A stretch of DNA of 64,000 nucleotides. Source: a virus. The position numbers were made by a program, and so were the translations under genes. Positions 47,498 to 57,503 of this stretch are shown in pieces. The notes beneath the pieces were generated by a model, which saw only the letters and a list, made by a program, of their open reading frames with translations, was not told where the DNA came from and searched no databases. Location of the stretch: the IMG/VR virus record IMGVR_UViG_3300017714_003662, positions 3,945-67,944 of that record, one strand, 5' to 3'. Each line of letters opens with the position of its first letter. The first letter of the stretch is position 1.

Positions 47498-48247
47498 TTA
47501 CTTCTTTAGTTCCGCAAATGCTTTTTTAAGAACGTCCTTATTAATCTGACCATTATCCTGTGCTTCTTTAACCATTCTTAAAGCTGCTAGGTATGAGTCT
47601 TCTTTCATTTCGCGACCATCTGCATCACTATCATCTGCTGCTGCATCTACGCCTTCAAAGTCGTCACCCATGTCGTCCATTGGCTCTTCTGCTGGTGCTT
47701 CTGGATCCATATCCATACCTGTGTCCATTGCCATGTCTGTTGCTGGTGCTTGACCTTGTGCCGTTAATACTGCATTATTTACTCCATCAGTTGCTGATTT
47801 TACAGCTTCTAATGCTGATTCAATTGATGCTGATGCGCTTGCTTCAAACGCTTCTGCTTCTGCTACACCAACTTCTTCTTTCATGCCTTGTGTGATGCTC
47901 ATTAGACCTTCAACTTGCATACTTGCTAAGTCTTCTGCCATTTTTTGTAGATCATCTGCCATTTGCTTTGCAGCAAGTAGAACTTCAGCTTGATCGAGAT
48001 CGTTTTCCATAACTGTGTTTTTCATAACTTGGTTAATACCTTCTAATACCAGCAATAACTTTTGAAATTGCTTATCGTTTACATCAACGCCATTATCTTT
48101 TAATGAGCTGATTTTATTTTGTGTAGATTCTTTTACTTTTTGTAACTTAGCGTTACCAGCTGCAAAATCAAACTTCATGCCAAATACTTCTTTTAGCACA
48201 GAATCTAGTTTGTTCAGCTTATTTTCTTCTAATTGGTTTAATTCCAT
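47498..48247 (-). CDS. Acidic helical protein, prohead core/scaffold-like
   Basis: E/D/A-rich low-complexity C-half, GREMKE; start ATG 48247. Confidence 0.6.
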   Translation of the reverse strand: MELNQLEENKLNKLDSVLKEVFGMKFDFAAGNAKLQKVKESTQNKISSLKDNGVDVNDKQFQKLLLVLEGINQVMKNTVMENDLDQAEVLLAAKQMADDLQKMAEDLASMQVEGLMSITQGMKEEVGVAEAEAFEASASASIESALEAVKSATDGVNNAVLTAQGQAPATDMAMDTGMDMDPEAPAEEPMDDMGDDFEGVDAAADDSDADGREMKEDSYLAALRMVKEAQDNGQINKDVLKKAFAELKK

Positions 48248-48288
48248 AATACAGTACCCCACTATATCTAACTTATAATGTATTTATG

Positions 48289-48876
48289 CTAGAATAGAGA
48301 TTTTATTTGGTTTTTGATTTTTGTCATACGTGTTACTGCACTTTGTTGTTTTGCTTGTGCAATATCAAATTTAAATGACTCAGTTACCTTTTTTGATTTA
48401 ACTTTATAGTGTGCTGCTTCTTGCAATGCACCGCAATACATGTTATCTAATTCTAATATTTTATCTACATCTTTATCTTCTATTAATTTCATTACAACAA
48501 TCATTGCACTTTCAAATAGTGCAATATCGCTATAAAGTCTTTCACCGTTACAATCAATATGATAAAACTTTTTTGATATTCCTTTTACCACTGATTGTTT
48601 TTCCATTACAACATTATAGCCGCACATACTAACTGTGTTTTCCTGTATTGCACCTGTTGCTACTACTGGATCTTTTTTAGACTCTGCAACCACTGTTTTA
48701 CTTGCTTCGGTTGTTGCTTGTTCTAGCTTAGATAAAATATTAAACATTTCTTGTGCGTTTGATTTTACAACTACATTGCCTTTAGCACGTTCTTCGTTAA
48801 TATGCTCAGCATTTTCTTGTGCATTGTTTAATTTTCGCAGGATCTCTTCCATGCCTTTTGCTGCTGGTGTTGTCAT
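48289..48876 (-). CDS. Hypothetical (probable virion) protein
   Basis: TAATG-coupled. Confidence 0.65.
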   Translation of the reverse strand: MTTPAAKGMEEILRKLNNAQENAEHINEERAKGNVVVKSNAQEMFNILSKLEQATTEASKTVVAESKKDPVVATGAIQENTVSMCGYNVVMEKQSVVKGISKKFYHIDCNGERLYSDIALFESAMIVVMKLIEDKDVDKILELDNMYCGALQEAAHYKVKSKKVTESFKFDIAQAKQQSAVTRMTKIKNQIKSLF

Positions 48877-49085
48877 TATAGACTCCCTTTTTTACGTTCG
48901 TAATAAGTTTTTTTATTTTCGATAACACGTTTTACAACGTTTTTGTTTACTAGACTTTTTAGTAATTCAATTTCACGTTCATTTAACTCGTCTTTGCATG
49001 TACGCTCTAAAAGATTTTCGTATACACCGCACTCGTCCATACTAAGAAATGTAGTAATACCGCCCGGTGTCTCAATCATTCTCAT
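48876..49085 (-). CDS. Small winged-helix-like protein
   Basis: LNERE..LKSLVNKNVVKR. Confidence 0.6.
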   Translation of the reverse strand: MRMIETPGGITTFLSMDECGVYENLLERTCKDELNEREIELLKSLVNKNVVKRVIENKKTYYERKKGSL

Positions 49086-49930
49086 TAGCGTCTAGCCTGT
49101 ATTAGTTGTTTTAATCTTTCAATTTCTGCACTGTTATTAGAGGCCATATTTTGTGCTTGTCCTGCCGATTGTGCATTTTGTCCACGTTGAACATCATCTG
49201 GGTCTTGACGTTTGTCATAACGTGCAGCGCCTTGGCCTGTTGCAACTTTGCTACTACCTGCTGTGTATCTTTGTGCAGCTGTAGCATCTCTATTAGCATC
49301 CTGGTTTTGAATAACTGCGTCACGCTGATCGTTTCCATTACGCTCTTTTCTTAAACTTGCAGCACTCATAGATCCTTGTGCTGATGTTGGTGTTATTGCT
49401 TCTTTAAAACCAGGCATATTAATTTGTCTTGCTATACTACCTAGCTTGCCCATTGGTTTTTGTCTAGCTACTTTTACCGATCCTGGTGTTACAAGGTCTT
49501 TCACTGCTGAACCTACTTTACCAGCAACATTTTTTACTGTATCCCATACACCTTCATCTAGTTCTTTAAAATCTTCATATGACATATATATATCTGTGTC
49601 TGGGTCGTAATAACTTCCCTCTTTTGCATCGTAGTAAACTACTTTTCCTGCTTTTGTTTGTATAGGTCCTTCTAGTCCATCACGTTCTTGATACTTTTCT
49701 CTGTCTATTGGTGGAAGAATACTATACCCTTCGTTTACAGCACTGAGGTCAATGTATTCAATAAATGAGTTGTCATTTTCTTGTTTAATTGCATCTACTA
49801 GAGCTAATATGTCACTATAATTTAGTTCTTTAATGTTATTGGTGATTGTATCCTTGTCGAGTTCTACACTAAACTTAACATTCGCATATTCTATTACACT
49901 GTCTACAATGCTGTTATTTAAAATATCCAT
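49085..49930 (-). CDS. Hypothetical (probable internal head) protein
   Basis: GLEGP..YYDAKEGSYYDPDTDIY module; VNE/LDE/FKE junctions. Confidence 0.65.
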   Translation of the reverse strand: MDILNNSIVDSVIEYANVKFSVELDKDTITNNIKELNYSDILALVDAIKQENDNSFIEYIDLSAVNEGYSILPPIDREKYQERDGLEGPIQTKAGKVVYYDAKEGSYYDPDTDIYMSYEDFKELDEGVWDTVKNVAGKVGSAVKDLVTPGSVKVARQKPMGKLGSIARQINMPGFKEAITPTSAQGSMSAASLRKERNGNDQRDAVIQNQDANRDATAAQRYTAGSSKVATGQGAARYDKRQDPDDVQRGQNAQSAGQAQNMASNNSAEIERLKQLIQARR

Positions 49931-50217
49931 TATCTTCTTGCCTTATTGAGTTGTGCAACAATTTTACTTGCTGGATTAAACTTTTTTGTTCGCTGTGCTT
50001 TTTTGGTCATGCGAGATCCTTTAGCCGCCTTTGTACGTTTTAAAATAAAACGTTTTTTAAGATCAATTGGCGCACTACATTGATTTGGATTACCTACTAC
50101 ACGACCTTTACGTGGACCTACTGTGCAACGAAATTTCCGTGTCACTGATTTTCCACGTTTAGCAAAAACTACTTTTGCTTCTGCTATCACTGTATTATAT
50201 GATTCATTTAATAACAT
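49930..50217 (-). CDS. Basic hypothetical protein
   Basis: KFRCTVGPRKGRVV..C. Confidence 0.7.
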   Translation of the reverse strand: MLLNESYNTVIAEAKVVFAKRGKSVTRKFRCTVGPRKGRVVGNPNQCSAPIDLKKRFILKRTKAAKGSRMTKKAQRTKKFNPASKIVAQLNKARR

Positions 50218-50221
50218 ATTA

Positions 50222-50506
50222 TTACGAACCCATCATCGGTGTTACTGTTTGCAAATTAAGCAGTAGCAACACAATTGTTGACAGTAAACCCGCAATTACT
50301 GTTCCTGCAGCACCAATAACTAATCTATTGCTTGCTACTTTGTCAGTAGTTTGTTTTTCTGCCATTTTACCTACACTTTCGGCTAGGCTGTCGACTTTAT
50401 TTTCAAGTCTATTTAATTTTTCTTCTAACACGCGATATCTTTCTGCACACAAGTCTACATGTGCTTCCAGATTTTCACGCTCTAATCTTGACTGTTGCAT
50501 TGCCAT
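50222..50506 (-). CDS. Coiled-coil plus TM protein (holin/XhlA-like architecture)
   Basis: LEAHVDLCAERY coiled coil then a single TM. Confidence 0.6.
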   Translation of the reverse strand: MAMQQSRLERENLEAHVDLCAERYRVLEEKLNRLENKVDSLAESVGKMAEKQTTDKVASNRLVIGAAGTVIAGLLSTIVLLLLNLQTVTPMMGS

Positions 50507-50589
50507 ATTTTGCTCTCGCAATCTTTAGCAGCGTCTTTTCAGAGCTGATTTAATGCATAAACTTCCTAATTCATGCTATAGGTATTTAT

Positions 50590-51021
50590 CTAATGTTGAT
50601 TAAAAGTAAAGTATGTGTTGATAGTATCTCTATTTGTTGTATCAACTATAGGATCTATTTCTTTAATATTCTCATTTAAACCAACATGTATAGGTAAATT
50701 ATGGAAATCTTGCTGTAGCCAATATACAGGATTGTTATCTTTTTCAAATGGACTAGATACATCACAATCAAACTCTATAATCCATACTTTGCGCTTTTTA
50801 TATATTTCTCCAAAGAAATATTTTTTTAAATCTTTATTACCTAAACCTTTTGTTTCAATAACATTTGGTTGCACACGTAGACTGATAGTTTGTAAAAAGC
50901 TATTTAGATTTTGTGCTTGGTAAAATTTTTTTGCATTTTGTTTTGGTGTTGTAATTTTTGTATTAGTAATATCAATTAATGTATAGACTGTAAACTTAGG
51001 ACTTTGTGTTGAGTAATGCAT
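50590..51021 (-). CDS. Conserved hypothetical phage protein
   Basis: YTLIDITNT..QN..LQTISLRVQP. Confidence 0.7.
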   Translation of the reverse strand: MHYSTQSPKFTVYTLIDITNTKITTPKQNAKKFYQAQNLNSFLQTISLRVQPNVIETKGLGNKDLKKYFFGEIYKKRKVWIIEFDCDVSSPFEKDNNPVYWLQQDFHNLPIHVGLNENIKEIDPIVDTTNRDTINTYFTFNQH

Positions 51022-51779
51022 TAAACACCTGCAGCTCTACCTGCAGCATAACCAATTGCAAATGCACCAGCTTTACGTGCAACCTTAGTAGCAATTTTAC
51101 CCATTCTACTTGCACCTGCTAACAATCCATTGCTTTTTGCATACTTTATAAAAATTGGACGCACATCACTACGCATGCCGTTTATTCTATAATACTTCTC
51201 AATTTGTGTTGCAGCTAGTTGTTGTTGCTGTGTGCTAAGATCACTCCAATTTTGTACAAGTCTACGTGTGGCTCTTAGTTTAGGATCTTGTATTGCTAAG
51301 TCTTTTTCTAACTTATAAAAAAACTGTTGTGCTTGTCCCGAAGGCACATTACCTTGTTCAATTTGTTTTAAAAATCTTTTTATACGTAGTTGATCAATTC
51401 TTACTTTATTCATAAGAAGTTTATCTTTTTCACCATTTATTAATCCATCTGGCTTTAATAGTGTATGCATGGTTTGATAAACATCGCTACCACTAGGAGA
51501 AGGTGTATTAAAATTACCTTTACGCATGGTTTGACCTGCATATGCTTTTGCTACTGGTGCATATTCATAATCATTACTCATCATATAAAGACTCATAAGA
51601 CTTACAAATAAATGATCTGTAATACTATTAGCGCCTGCACTAGCAATTTGCTGTCTAGTTTTAAACATACGTGCTTCGCCTAAAGTGTTGATAAAATCGT
51701 ATTGTTCTTTATCAGTAGGCATTTCGTGTCCGCCTTGCATTGCTGCATACTGTTGTAATGTATATTTTTCGTTAGCCAT
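51021..51779 (-). CDS. Hypothetical (probable virion) protein
   Basis: 252 aa, TAATG-coupled. Confidence 0.7.
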   Translation of the reverse strand: MANEKYTLQQYAAMQGGHEMPTDKEQYDFINTLGEARMFKTRQQIASAGANSITDHLFVSLMSLYMMSNDYEYAPVAKAYAGQTMRKGNFNTPSPSGSDVYQTMHTLLKPDGLINGEKDKLLMNKVRIDQLRIKRFLKQIEQGNVPSGQAQQFFYKLEKDLAIQDPKLRATRRLVQNWSDLSTQQQQLAATQIEKYYRINGMRSDVRPIFIKYAKSNGLLAGASRMGKIATKVARKAGAFAIGYAAGRAAGV

Positions 51780-52975
51780 TAATTATTCCTTGCCATATTA
51801 GCAGCCGTGAAACCTGCTCTATTCACAAGTTTCACGTCTTTGTCTATTACGTAGCCTTCGCCACCGCGCTCACCATTAGTGTATGCTTCTATGTCTGCAT
51901 CTTGATCGTCTAAGGCTTTAATTATAGCATTTTTGACTTGTTGCAATCTTGTAATAATCTGAAATGTAGCTTCAAATCCTTGTTGATTTTGTTGCAGATA
52001 TTCTGCAAGACGACTTTGCTTTGCTCCACTTAATTTACTACTTTCTAACCATTTCATAAAATGTTGTAAGTTGTATTTTCCAGTTGCTCCACTCTTTACA
52101 CTATTGTTAATATATGTATATAATATATTACCAAAATCTTTCATTTTTAGTTCCATAGGAACTGCAAACATTTTGTCAATAGCAGTTGCCTTGCTTTTTA
52201 TATAGTTTTCTAACTCATCTACCTCTGGAAGATCAACGCCCGGTGCTTTTGTAACCACAGCCGGCGGCATTATTAATGTCTCACCTGGCTGAAAACGACT
52301 AACATCTACATTAGCTATGTTCCCGTCTGTATCAATATATTTGTGAACTACAATACCGACATCGCTGTCCTGTATTTGTTTTCCAACAACACTGTTCACG
52401 TCTACAGCGTATTCTGTTGTGTTTGGCTGGAACCTAAGTTTGCCACTGTCGTCCGCTGGAGGCGAAGTAAAGTATAATAGGTCTCCCAATACATATCCAC
52501 GGAAGTCTGCTGGTATCACGCTTTCAACTTTACTCCAAATGCCTTTCATCTTTGCAGGAAATTCGCTACGTGTTGCATTATCCTTTTTCCCACGTGCAAG
52601 CAGCATTTGTTCAAGTTCTTCTGCGCTCGTTACTCGTCCGTCATAGCCTTTAGCACCAAAGCCTGACTTGTCTGTTAGCACAAACTCACCACTTTCATTT
52701 CGTCCAAATATGACTGCTGGGCGTCCATCCCATTTTATTGTAATTGAGTGTGGTTGTGCTTCAACTTGGCGCAGCTTACCCACTGCTGCCATCGCACCCT
52801 TTGAGCCGTCCCAAAGAATTAAATCTTCAAGATGCTGAATTCGTGCGCTATTATTCTCCGTAAGTTCATCTCTCGATACTGACGAAAAGAAATCTTGCTG
52901 AATGGTTCTGTGTTTTCTATTGTCACGTGATTTACGTTTTTTTCTACCACCTATGACAATTTCATTAATTTTCAT
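51779..52975 (-). CDS. DUF6267-like conserved large-phage protein (ligase-like KxDG nucleotidyltransferase motif)
   Basis: IQHLEDL, TIKWDGRPA, GDLL, FQPNT, EGYV, KLVNR. Confidence 0.7.
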   Translation of the reverse strand: MKINEIVIGGRKKRKSRDNRKHRTIQQDFFSSVSRDELTENNSARIQHLEDLILWDGSKGAMAAVGKLRQVEAQPHSITIKWDGRPAVIFGRNESGEFVLTDKSGFGAKGYDGRVTSAEELEQMLLARGKKDNATRSEFPAKMKGIWSKVESVIPADFRGYVLGDLLYFTSPPADDSGKLRFQPNTTEYAVDVNSVVGKQIQDSDVGIVVHKYIDTDGNIANVDVSRFQPGETLIMPPAVVTKAPGVDLPEVDELENYIKSKATAIDKMFAVPMELKMKDFGNILYTYINNSVKSGATGKYNLQHFMKWLESSKLSGAKQSRLAEYLQQNQQGFEATFQIITRLQQVKNAIIKALDDQDADIEAYTNGERGGEGYVIDKDVKLVNRAGFTAANMARNN

Positions 52976-53220
52976 TTATCTTTCCTTAGCTTTTTAATAC
53001 CTCTATTAAAACGCTCTGGATCTCTGTTTTTAATGCTTAATATAATACGCTTTTGTAAATCAGATGCAGTTTCTTTATCAAACTTAGTATCAATCATTTC
53101 CATAATATTGATAAGGCTTTGAATAGCATTACTACCTCTGCTTTCTACGATACCAGTTTTGTCCTTTGTTGGACTAATACTATTAATTTCTTCAAGAATA
53201 CTACGAGTGCGTTTTTTCAA
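52972..53220 (-). CDS. Conserved hypothetical phage protein
   Basis: GGAG SD, TTG start, KRTRSILEE. Confidence 0.7.
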   Translation of the reverse strand: MKKRTRSILEEINSISPTKDKTGIVESRGSNAIQSLINIMEMIDTKFDKETASDLQKRIILSIKNRDPERFNRGIKKLRKDK

Positions 53221-53250
53221 TTCACTTCTCCATTACGTTGTATATATTTA

Positions 53251-54648
53251 TCAATTATTACTACGTTTTAACATACTACGAAGGGCATCGTGCGATTTTA
53301 AGTTTTCTTCTACTACACTATTCTCAGCAATACTCTTTTCTTGATGTGTAACTGTACTACGTTGTTTTAATTTATCAAATACTGCACTTGTATTTGTTAC
53401 ATCGCTACCATCTTCATCATCTGCAAGATCAGTAATACGTAATCCAGCAACATCAAAATTTAAATCAACTTTTTGTCCTACACCACTACTGCTACGAGTT
53501 TTCATAAACTGTACTTGATAGCGTCCACGTTCACGCATTGCCTGGCTTGTAAAAATACCAATAACATTATCTGCTGTCTGAATCTTACTTAAACCACCTG
53601 AGATATGACTGTGATCAAATTCTACTTCTTCAACAGCGGCTCTATTTAACTGAGATGCAGTTGCAAACAATAAATCATGTTCCATTGCAAAATTTCTAAG
53701 TTCTTCAGATACAAACTTATCTTTAATAAACAAATCACTTGGGCTTACTTTACTTTGTGCAGGCATCATTAAATCTAAATAGTCTAACAATACTGCATCA
53801 AACTTAATATTGTTTTTTACTTCAAACTCTTTCAAATAACTATTCAAGTCATTTACTGTAATACCGTTAGGAAGTTGTACAATTTGCATTGCACCTGCAT
53901 TTTTTCCTTGCATACGAACTTTCAAATCTACATCATCTGTATTTTTAAAAACATCACGTGTACCCATGCCAGTAAGCATACTATCAAATCTCATACTACA
54001 CAATTCTTCACTAAGTTCGAGGCTTACATATACTACATTTAATCCAGTCAATGCCCAATTCAATGCTAAATTTTGCAAGAACAAACTTTTACCACCGCCA
54101 CTTGCTGCCGCAAATATGTTTAGTTCTCCTCTATTAAAACCACCATATAGTTTTTTATCAATATCAGCCCAACCTGTTGTAGTTCCACCACGTTGATTAC
54201 GCACTCTTTCAATACGTTCTGCAGGATTTTCCCAATAGTCAGTTCCCATATGCCTTGCAAGACCAATTTGCACTGCATCTTTAATCATTTTTTCTACTGC
54301 ACCAAACTCACCTCTTTCAAGTTTGTCTGTACTTGCTAAAATTGCATGCTCAAGTGCTTTGTGTCTTGCAAATTGTTCAAATTCATCAATAAACCATTTT
54401 TTATGTCTATCATCCACATCTTTTAGTGGTTGCAATGTTGTGCCTGTTGTTGCACTAATTTGTTCAAGTGTGGGTAATGCACTATACTCACGTGCATGTT
54501 CTTGCACAAAGTCAACAGCCTTACGTAAACTTCTATCAAAATGATCAGAAACAAGTATGTTATTAATACGCACAAACAAATCTTGATCCTGAGATAAAAA
54601 TTCTACAAATAATTTTTGTAAGTCTACGTTATATTCTCTTTCGCTCAT
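53251..54648 (-). CDS. Replicative helicase (T4 gp41/DnaB-like)
   Basis: AASGGGKSL Walker A, SLELSE, LDYLDL, TASQLNR, KTRSS. Confidence 0.93.
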   Translation of the reverse strand: MSEREYNVDLQKLFVEFLSQDQDLFVRINNILVSDHFDRSLRKAVDFVQEHAREYSALPTLEQISATTGTTLQPLKDVDDRHKKWFIDEFEQFARHKALEHAILASTDKLERGEFGAVEKMIKDAVQIGLARHMGTDYWENPAERIERVRNQRGGTTTGWADIDKKLYGGFNRGELNIFAAASGGGKSLFLQNLALNWALTGLNVVYVSLELSEELCSMRFDSMLTGMGTRDVFKNTDDVDLKVRMQGKNAGAMQIVQLPNGITVNDLNSYLKEFEVKNNIKFDAVLLDYLDLMMPAQSKVSPSDLFIKDKFVSEELRNFAMEHDLLFATASQLNRAAVEEVEFDHSHISGGLSKIQTADNVIGIFTSQAMRERGRYQVQFMKTRSSSGVGQKVDLNFDVAGLRITDLADDEDGSDVTNTSAVFDKLKQRSTVTHQEKSIAENSVVEENLKSHDALRSMLKRSNN

Positions 54649-55655
54649 TTACAATACTTTCTTGCTAATACTTGTATTTTAGTTGAATTAGACACTGTGT
54701 TTTCAAGTATACTTCTTATTGTAAACAATCTTCCGTATTTTGTCAATGCATCTCCAACATCTTTACAGTCTTCCCACTCAGGAAAACTAACATGCCAACC
54801 ACGCTTTATAGCCATATCTATTCCCTTCATACTTGCTTCATCAGCATCGGGTAAGAATATGACACGCTTTTGCAATTCATCAATAATATCTGCTTGTTCT
54901 TCATTTATGTTATTACTACCTATTGCTACACCATCTGTTACTATTGCATCTAACGGACCCTCTGTAACAATTACAATTTCTTTATCATATGTTTGCTTAT
55001 CTAAACCATAAACAAAATTACGTTTAGGTTGCTGATTAAAATATTTAGTCATTTTATCAGGAGGATTACCAATCCACCTTGCAGTATAACCTACAATGTT
55101 TCCTTTATACCAAAAAGGAATTATAAATCTGTTTTTCATTCTACCAGGATTACTATTTGGACTATACCAGAAATTATTACTAAGTGGATCTAATCCTCTA
55201 CTGAATAGGTATTCAATAGCATTTTGTAAATTAGTATCTGCATTTTCATACTTTGAAATAGGTTTCGCGTCTTTTGGTAATTCCATTGTAGGCCAATTAA
55301 TTTGTGTTCTTTTTTTCTCTTCACGTCTAATTAGTAATGTTGCTACATCTGCCTCACGTAACATTTCTAATTGTATACGCTGTATTTCACTTTCATCAGC
55401 ACCAAATGTTGTTAATAACTGTCTAAGTTTTACTGTGATTTTACTACCCGGACTCCAACCAGTTTTAAAATTACAATTAAAACAATTATATTGGACTTTT
55501 TCTTCTTCAAAATAAAATCCACCTCTGCCACGTGTATCTGGCCTTGCTTGTCCATTCTTTATACACATAGGACAATTACCACTTGTCCAGCCACTAGGAC
55601 TTGATTTCCAGTTTACAGGAATCAGAGTTCTGATGTATTGTAGCATTACAGTCAT
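54645..55655 (-). CDS. DNA primase (T4 gp61-like)
   Basis: CPMC..CFNC zinc domain, VTEGPLDA TOPRIM, PDAD, KDVGD. Confidence 0.92.
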   Translation of the reverse strand: MTVMLQYIRTLIPVNWKSSPSGWTSGNCPMCIKNGQARPDTRGRGGFYFEEEKVQYNCFNCNFKTGWSPGSKITVKLRQLLTTFGADESEIQRIQLEMLREADVATLLIRREEKKRTQINWPTMELPKDAKPISKYENADTNLQNAIEYLFSRGLDPLSNNFWYSPNSNPGRMKNRFIIPFWYKGNIVGYTARWIGNPPDKMTKYFNQQPKRNFVYGLDKQTYDKEIVIVTEGPLDAIVTDGVAIGSNNINEEQADIIDELQKRVIFLPDADEASMKGIDMAIKRGWHVSFPEWEDCKDVGDALTKYGRLFTIRSILENTVSNSTKIQVLARKYCK

Positions 55656-55664
55656 ACGTGTATT

Positions 55665-56510
55665 TTACACTCTAATGACTACTTTGTCAACTGTTCCTGT
55701 TTCTTGAGTATGTATTGTTCTAATAAATTTTACGTTTGTTCTAAAAGTCCAAGGATCAACACCAGTAAAAGATGTATATGGGAAAAATGTTTCTGTATAT
55801 TGTCCTAATGTAATATCGAACCAATCTGACTCTGTTGGATTATCGCTTAATGTGCCTTGTGCATAAAATTTACCTGTGTAATTTGTTCCATATACAGCAA
55901 GTGTAATTAATCCATTTGGTTTGTTAAAATAACCAGAAGCTTTCATTCTACTACTATAATAGTAGTAAGTATGTGGATTAGTGCTTGTATCTATTTGTTC
56001 AATAAATGTATCATTTATTTCAGTTGTAAGCGGAAGAGCATCGCCTTCTTCATTTACTTCAACTGTGTAATTAGGACGCATGTGTAAATCACAAAACAGT
56101 GGCATTGTATGTCCTAGGTCTGTTGTATAACTGAATACTAAGTCATAATGTCCTTGGCTAAATTTTGCACTTTCGCCACTTGAAACAAATACTTTTACAC
56201 TTCCTAGTTCATAGTCTGTAATAATTGCTTTTTTACTTACTACTGTTGATCTATCTGTTCTATCAATAAAACTAGCATTAATATTCATACCCTGTAACAT
56301 AATTGCTTTTCGATCTTGATCTTTTATAAACATAAAAAATTCATTATCAAAGCCTCTAAACAATTTTAGAAATCTATAATTTACCGGACTATTCACAGTC
56401 GTGCCTTTTGCACCGGCATATTTAGACAGACCTGTTTTAGCACCATGTGCTTCTATTTGATATAATTCGCCAGTTTGGCTAATATTATACGTTGAACCGT
56501 AATTTGACAT
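55665..56510 (-). CDS. Probable structural beta-rich protein
   Basis: AGGAG SD and TAAATA late motif; start ATG 56510. Confidence 0.6.
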   Translation of the reverse strand: MSNYGSTYNISQTGELYQIEAHGAKTGLSKYAGAKGTTVNSPVNYRFLKLFRGFDNEFFMFIKDQDRKAIMLQGMNINASFIDRTDRSTVVSKKAIITDYELGSVKVFVSSGESAKFSQGHYDLVFSYTTDLGHTMPLFCDLHMRPNYTVEVNEEGDALPLTTEINDTFIEQIDTSTNPHTYYYYSSRMKASGYFNKPNGLITLAVYGTNYTGKFYAQGTLSDNPTESDWFDITLGQYTETFFPYTSFTGVDPWTFRTNVKFIRTIHTQETGTVDKVVIRV

Positions 56511-56572
56511 GCAATATCTCCTACATGTATTTATCAAAAAAACCAAGATTTCTAACAGGTAAATATGTTTAC

Positions 56573-56944
56573 ATGAGACAAACATATAAACAACTTCTAG
56601 ATGAATACCCATTTCTCACTGTTGTCGAATACGCTGGAAAAGAATATCTCGGTATTATACAAAATATAGATACACATGTGGCAAGCATGTATGTCTACGA
56701 TCGACTTATTGAACATGATGAAAAAGTATTATTCCTAGAATTAGGAGAAGAATGGTGGTGGGAAACTAATAGAAAATTACCTATTAATATTGCTCTTCTG
56801 AATCGTTGGAATTTTCAACATTGTATAATGAGTTTTAATGTAAAACAAATGGAAATAATAAGTGGACCGGAAGTAAGACTAGCGAACTGTATAACAAAAC
56901 GTATTAAACGCCGTAATATTAGCCTGATAAAGAAAAACCCTTAA
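56573..56944 (+). CDS. Conserved hypothetical phage protein
   Basis: YPFL, YLGIIQN, GEEWWWETNRKLPI; start ATG 56573. Confidence 0.7.
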   Translation: MRQTYKQLLDEYPFLTVVEYAGKEYLGIIQNIDTHVASMYVYDRLIEHDEKVLFLELGEEWWWETNRKLPINIALLNRWNFQHCIMSFNVKQMEIISGPEVRLANCITKRIKRRNISLIKKNP

Positions 56945-57503
56945 CTAACATATTTAATTGTAAAATTATAGCCTGAGCATATGCGTGAGCATGTGCTTTT
57001 TTAAAGAAGTAGGCATCGCTTTGTGGCTTTACCCATATATCATTCATAACAGTTATCCAATCTTTACCAAGTAAATGTCTTTTTGCAGGACGGATAACTC
57101 CAAGAACCGCGGCTAGTTGTTCAAGACTTCTTGGTTTCATACGTTGCACTACATCAAAATGCTTGTGAATATGAAACAATTGTTCTACTACTTCTTTATG
57201 TTCTAACAATTCCCACATTGGTTCGATTGCTAGCAAGTCATCTAGTTGTTCTTTTGATTTTATTTTTTTATATAAACTAACATTTAAAACATCAATTTTA
57301 AAAAATCCTTCATCCTCAGCTTGTTTATAATCAATTGTAGATAGTCCCGTAAAAGGGTCATGTGGCATTTCGTGAAAGTATACACCTGTATTGTGTTTTG
57401 TTCTTTTTCCATCTTTACTAATCATAGCAGGAACACCATTAATAAGTTTGATTAACTTATCTCTATCTGCTACATCAATATCAATATCTGTATTAGTTAT
57501 CAC
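56919..57503 (-). CDS. Minimal DNA polymerase III alpha (DnaE)-like protein
   Basis: DIDIDV, HNTGVY, FFKIDVL, IRP, YFFKKAHAHAYA. Confidence 0.85.
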   Translation of the reverse strand: MITNTDIDIDVADRDKLIKLINGVPAMISKDGKRTKHNTGVYFHEMPHDPFTGLSTIDYKQAEDEGFFKIDVLNVSLYKKIKSKEQLDDLLAIEPMWELLEHKEVVEQLFHIHKHFDVVQRMKPRSLEQLAAVLGVIRPAKRHLLGKDWITVMNDIWVKPQSDAYFFKKAHAHAYAQAIILQLNMLVKGFSLSG

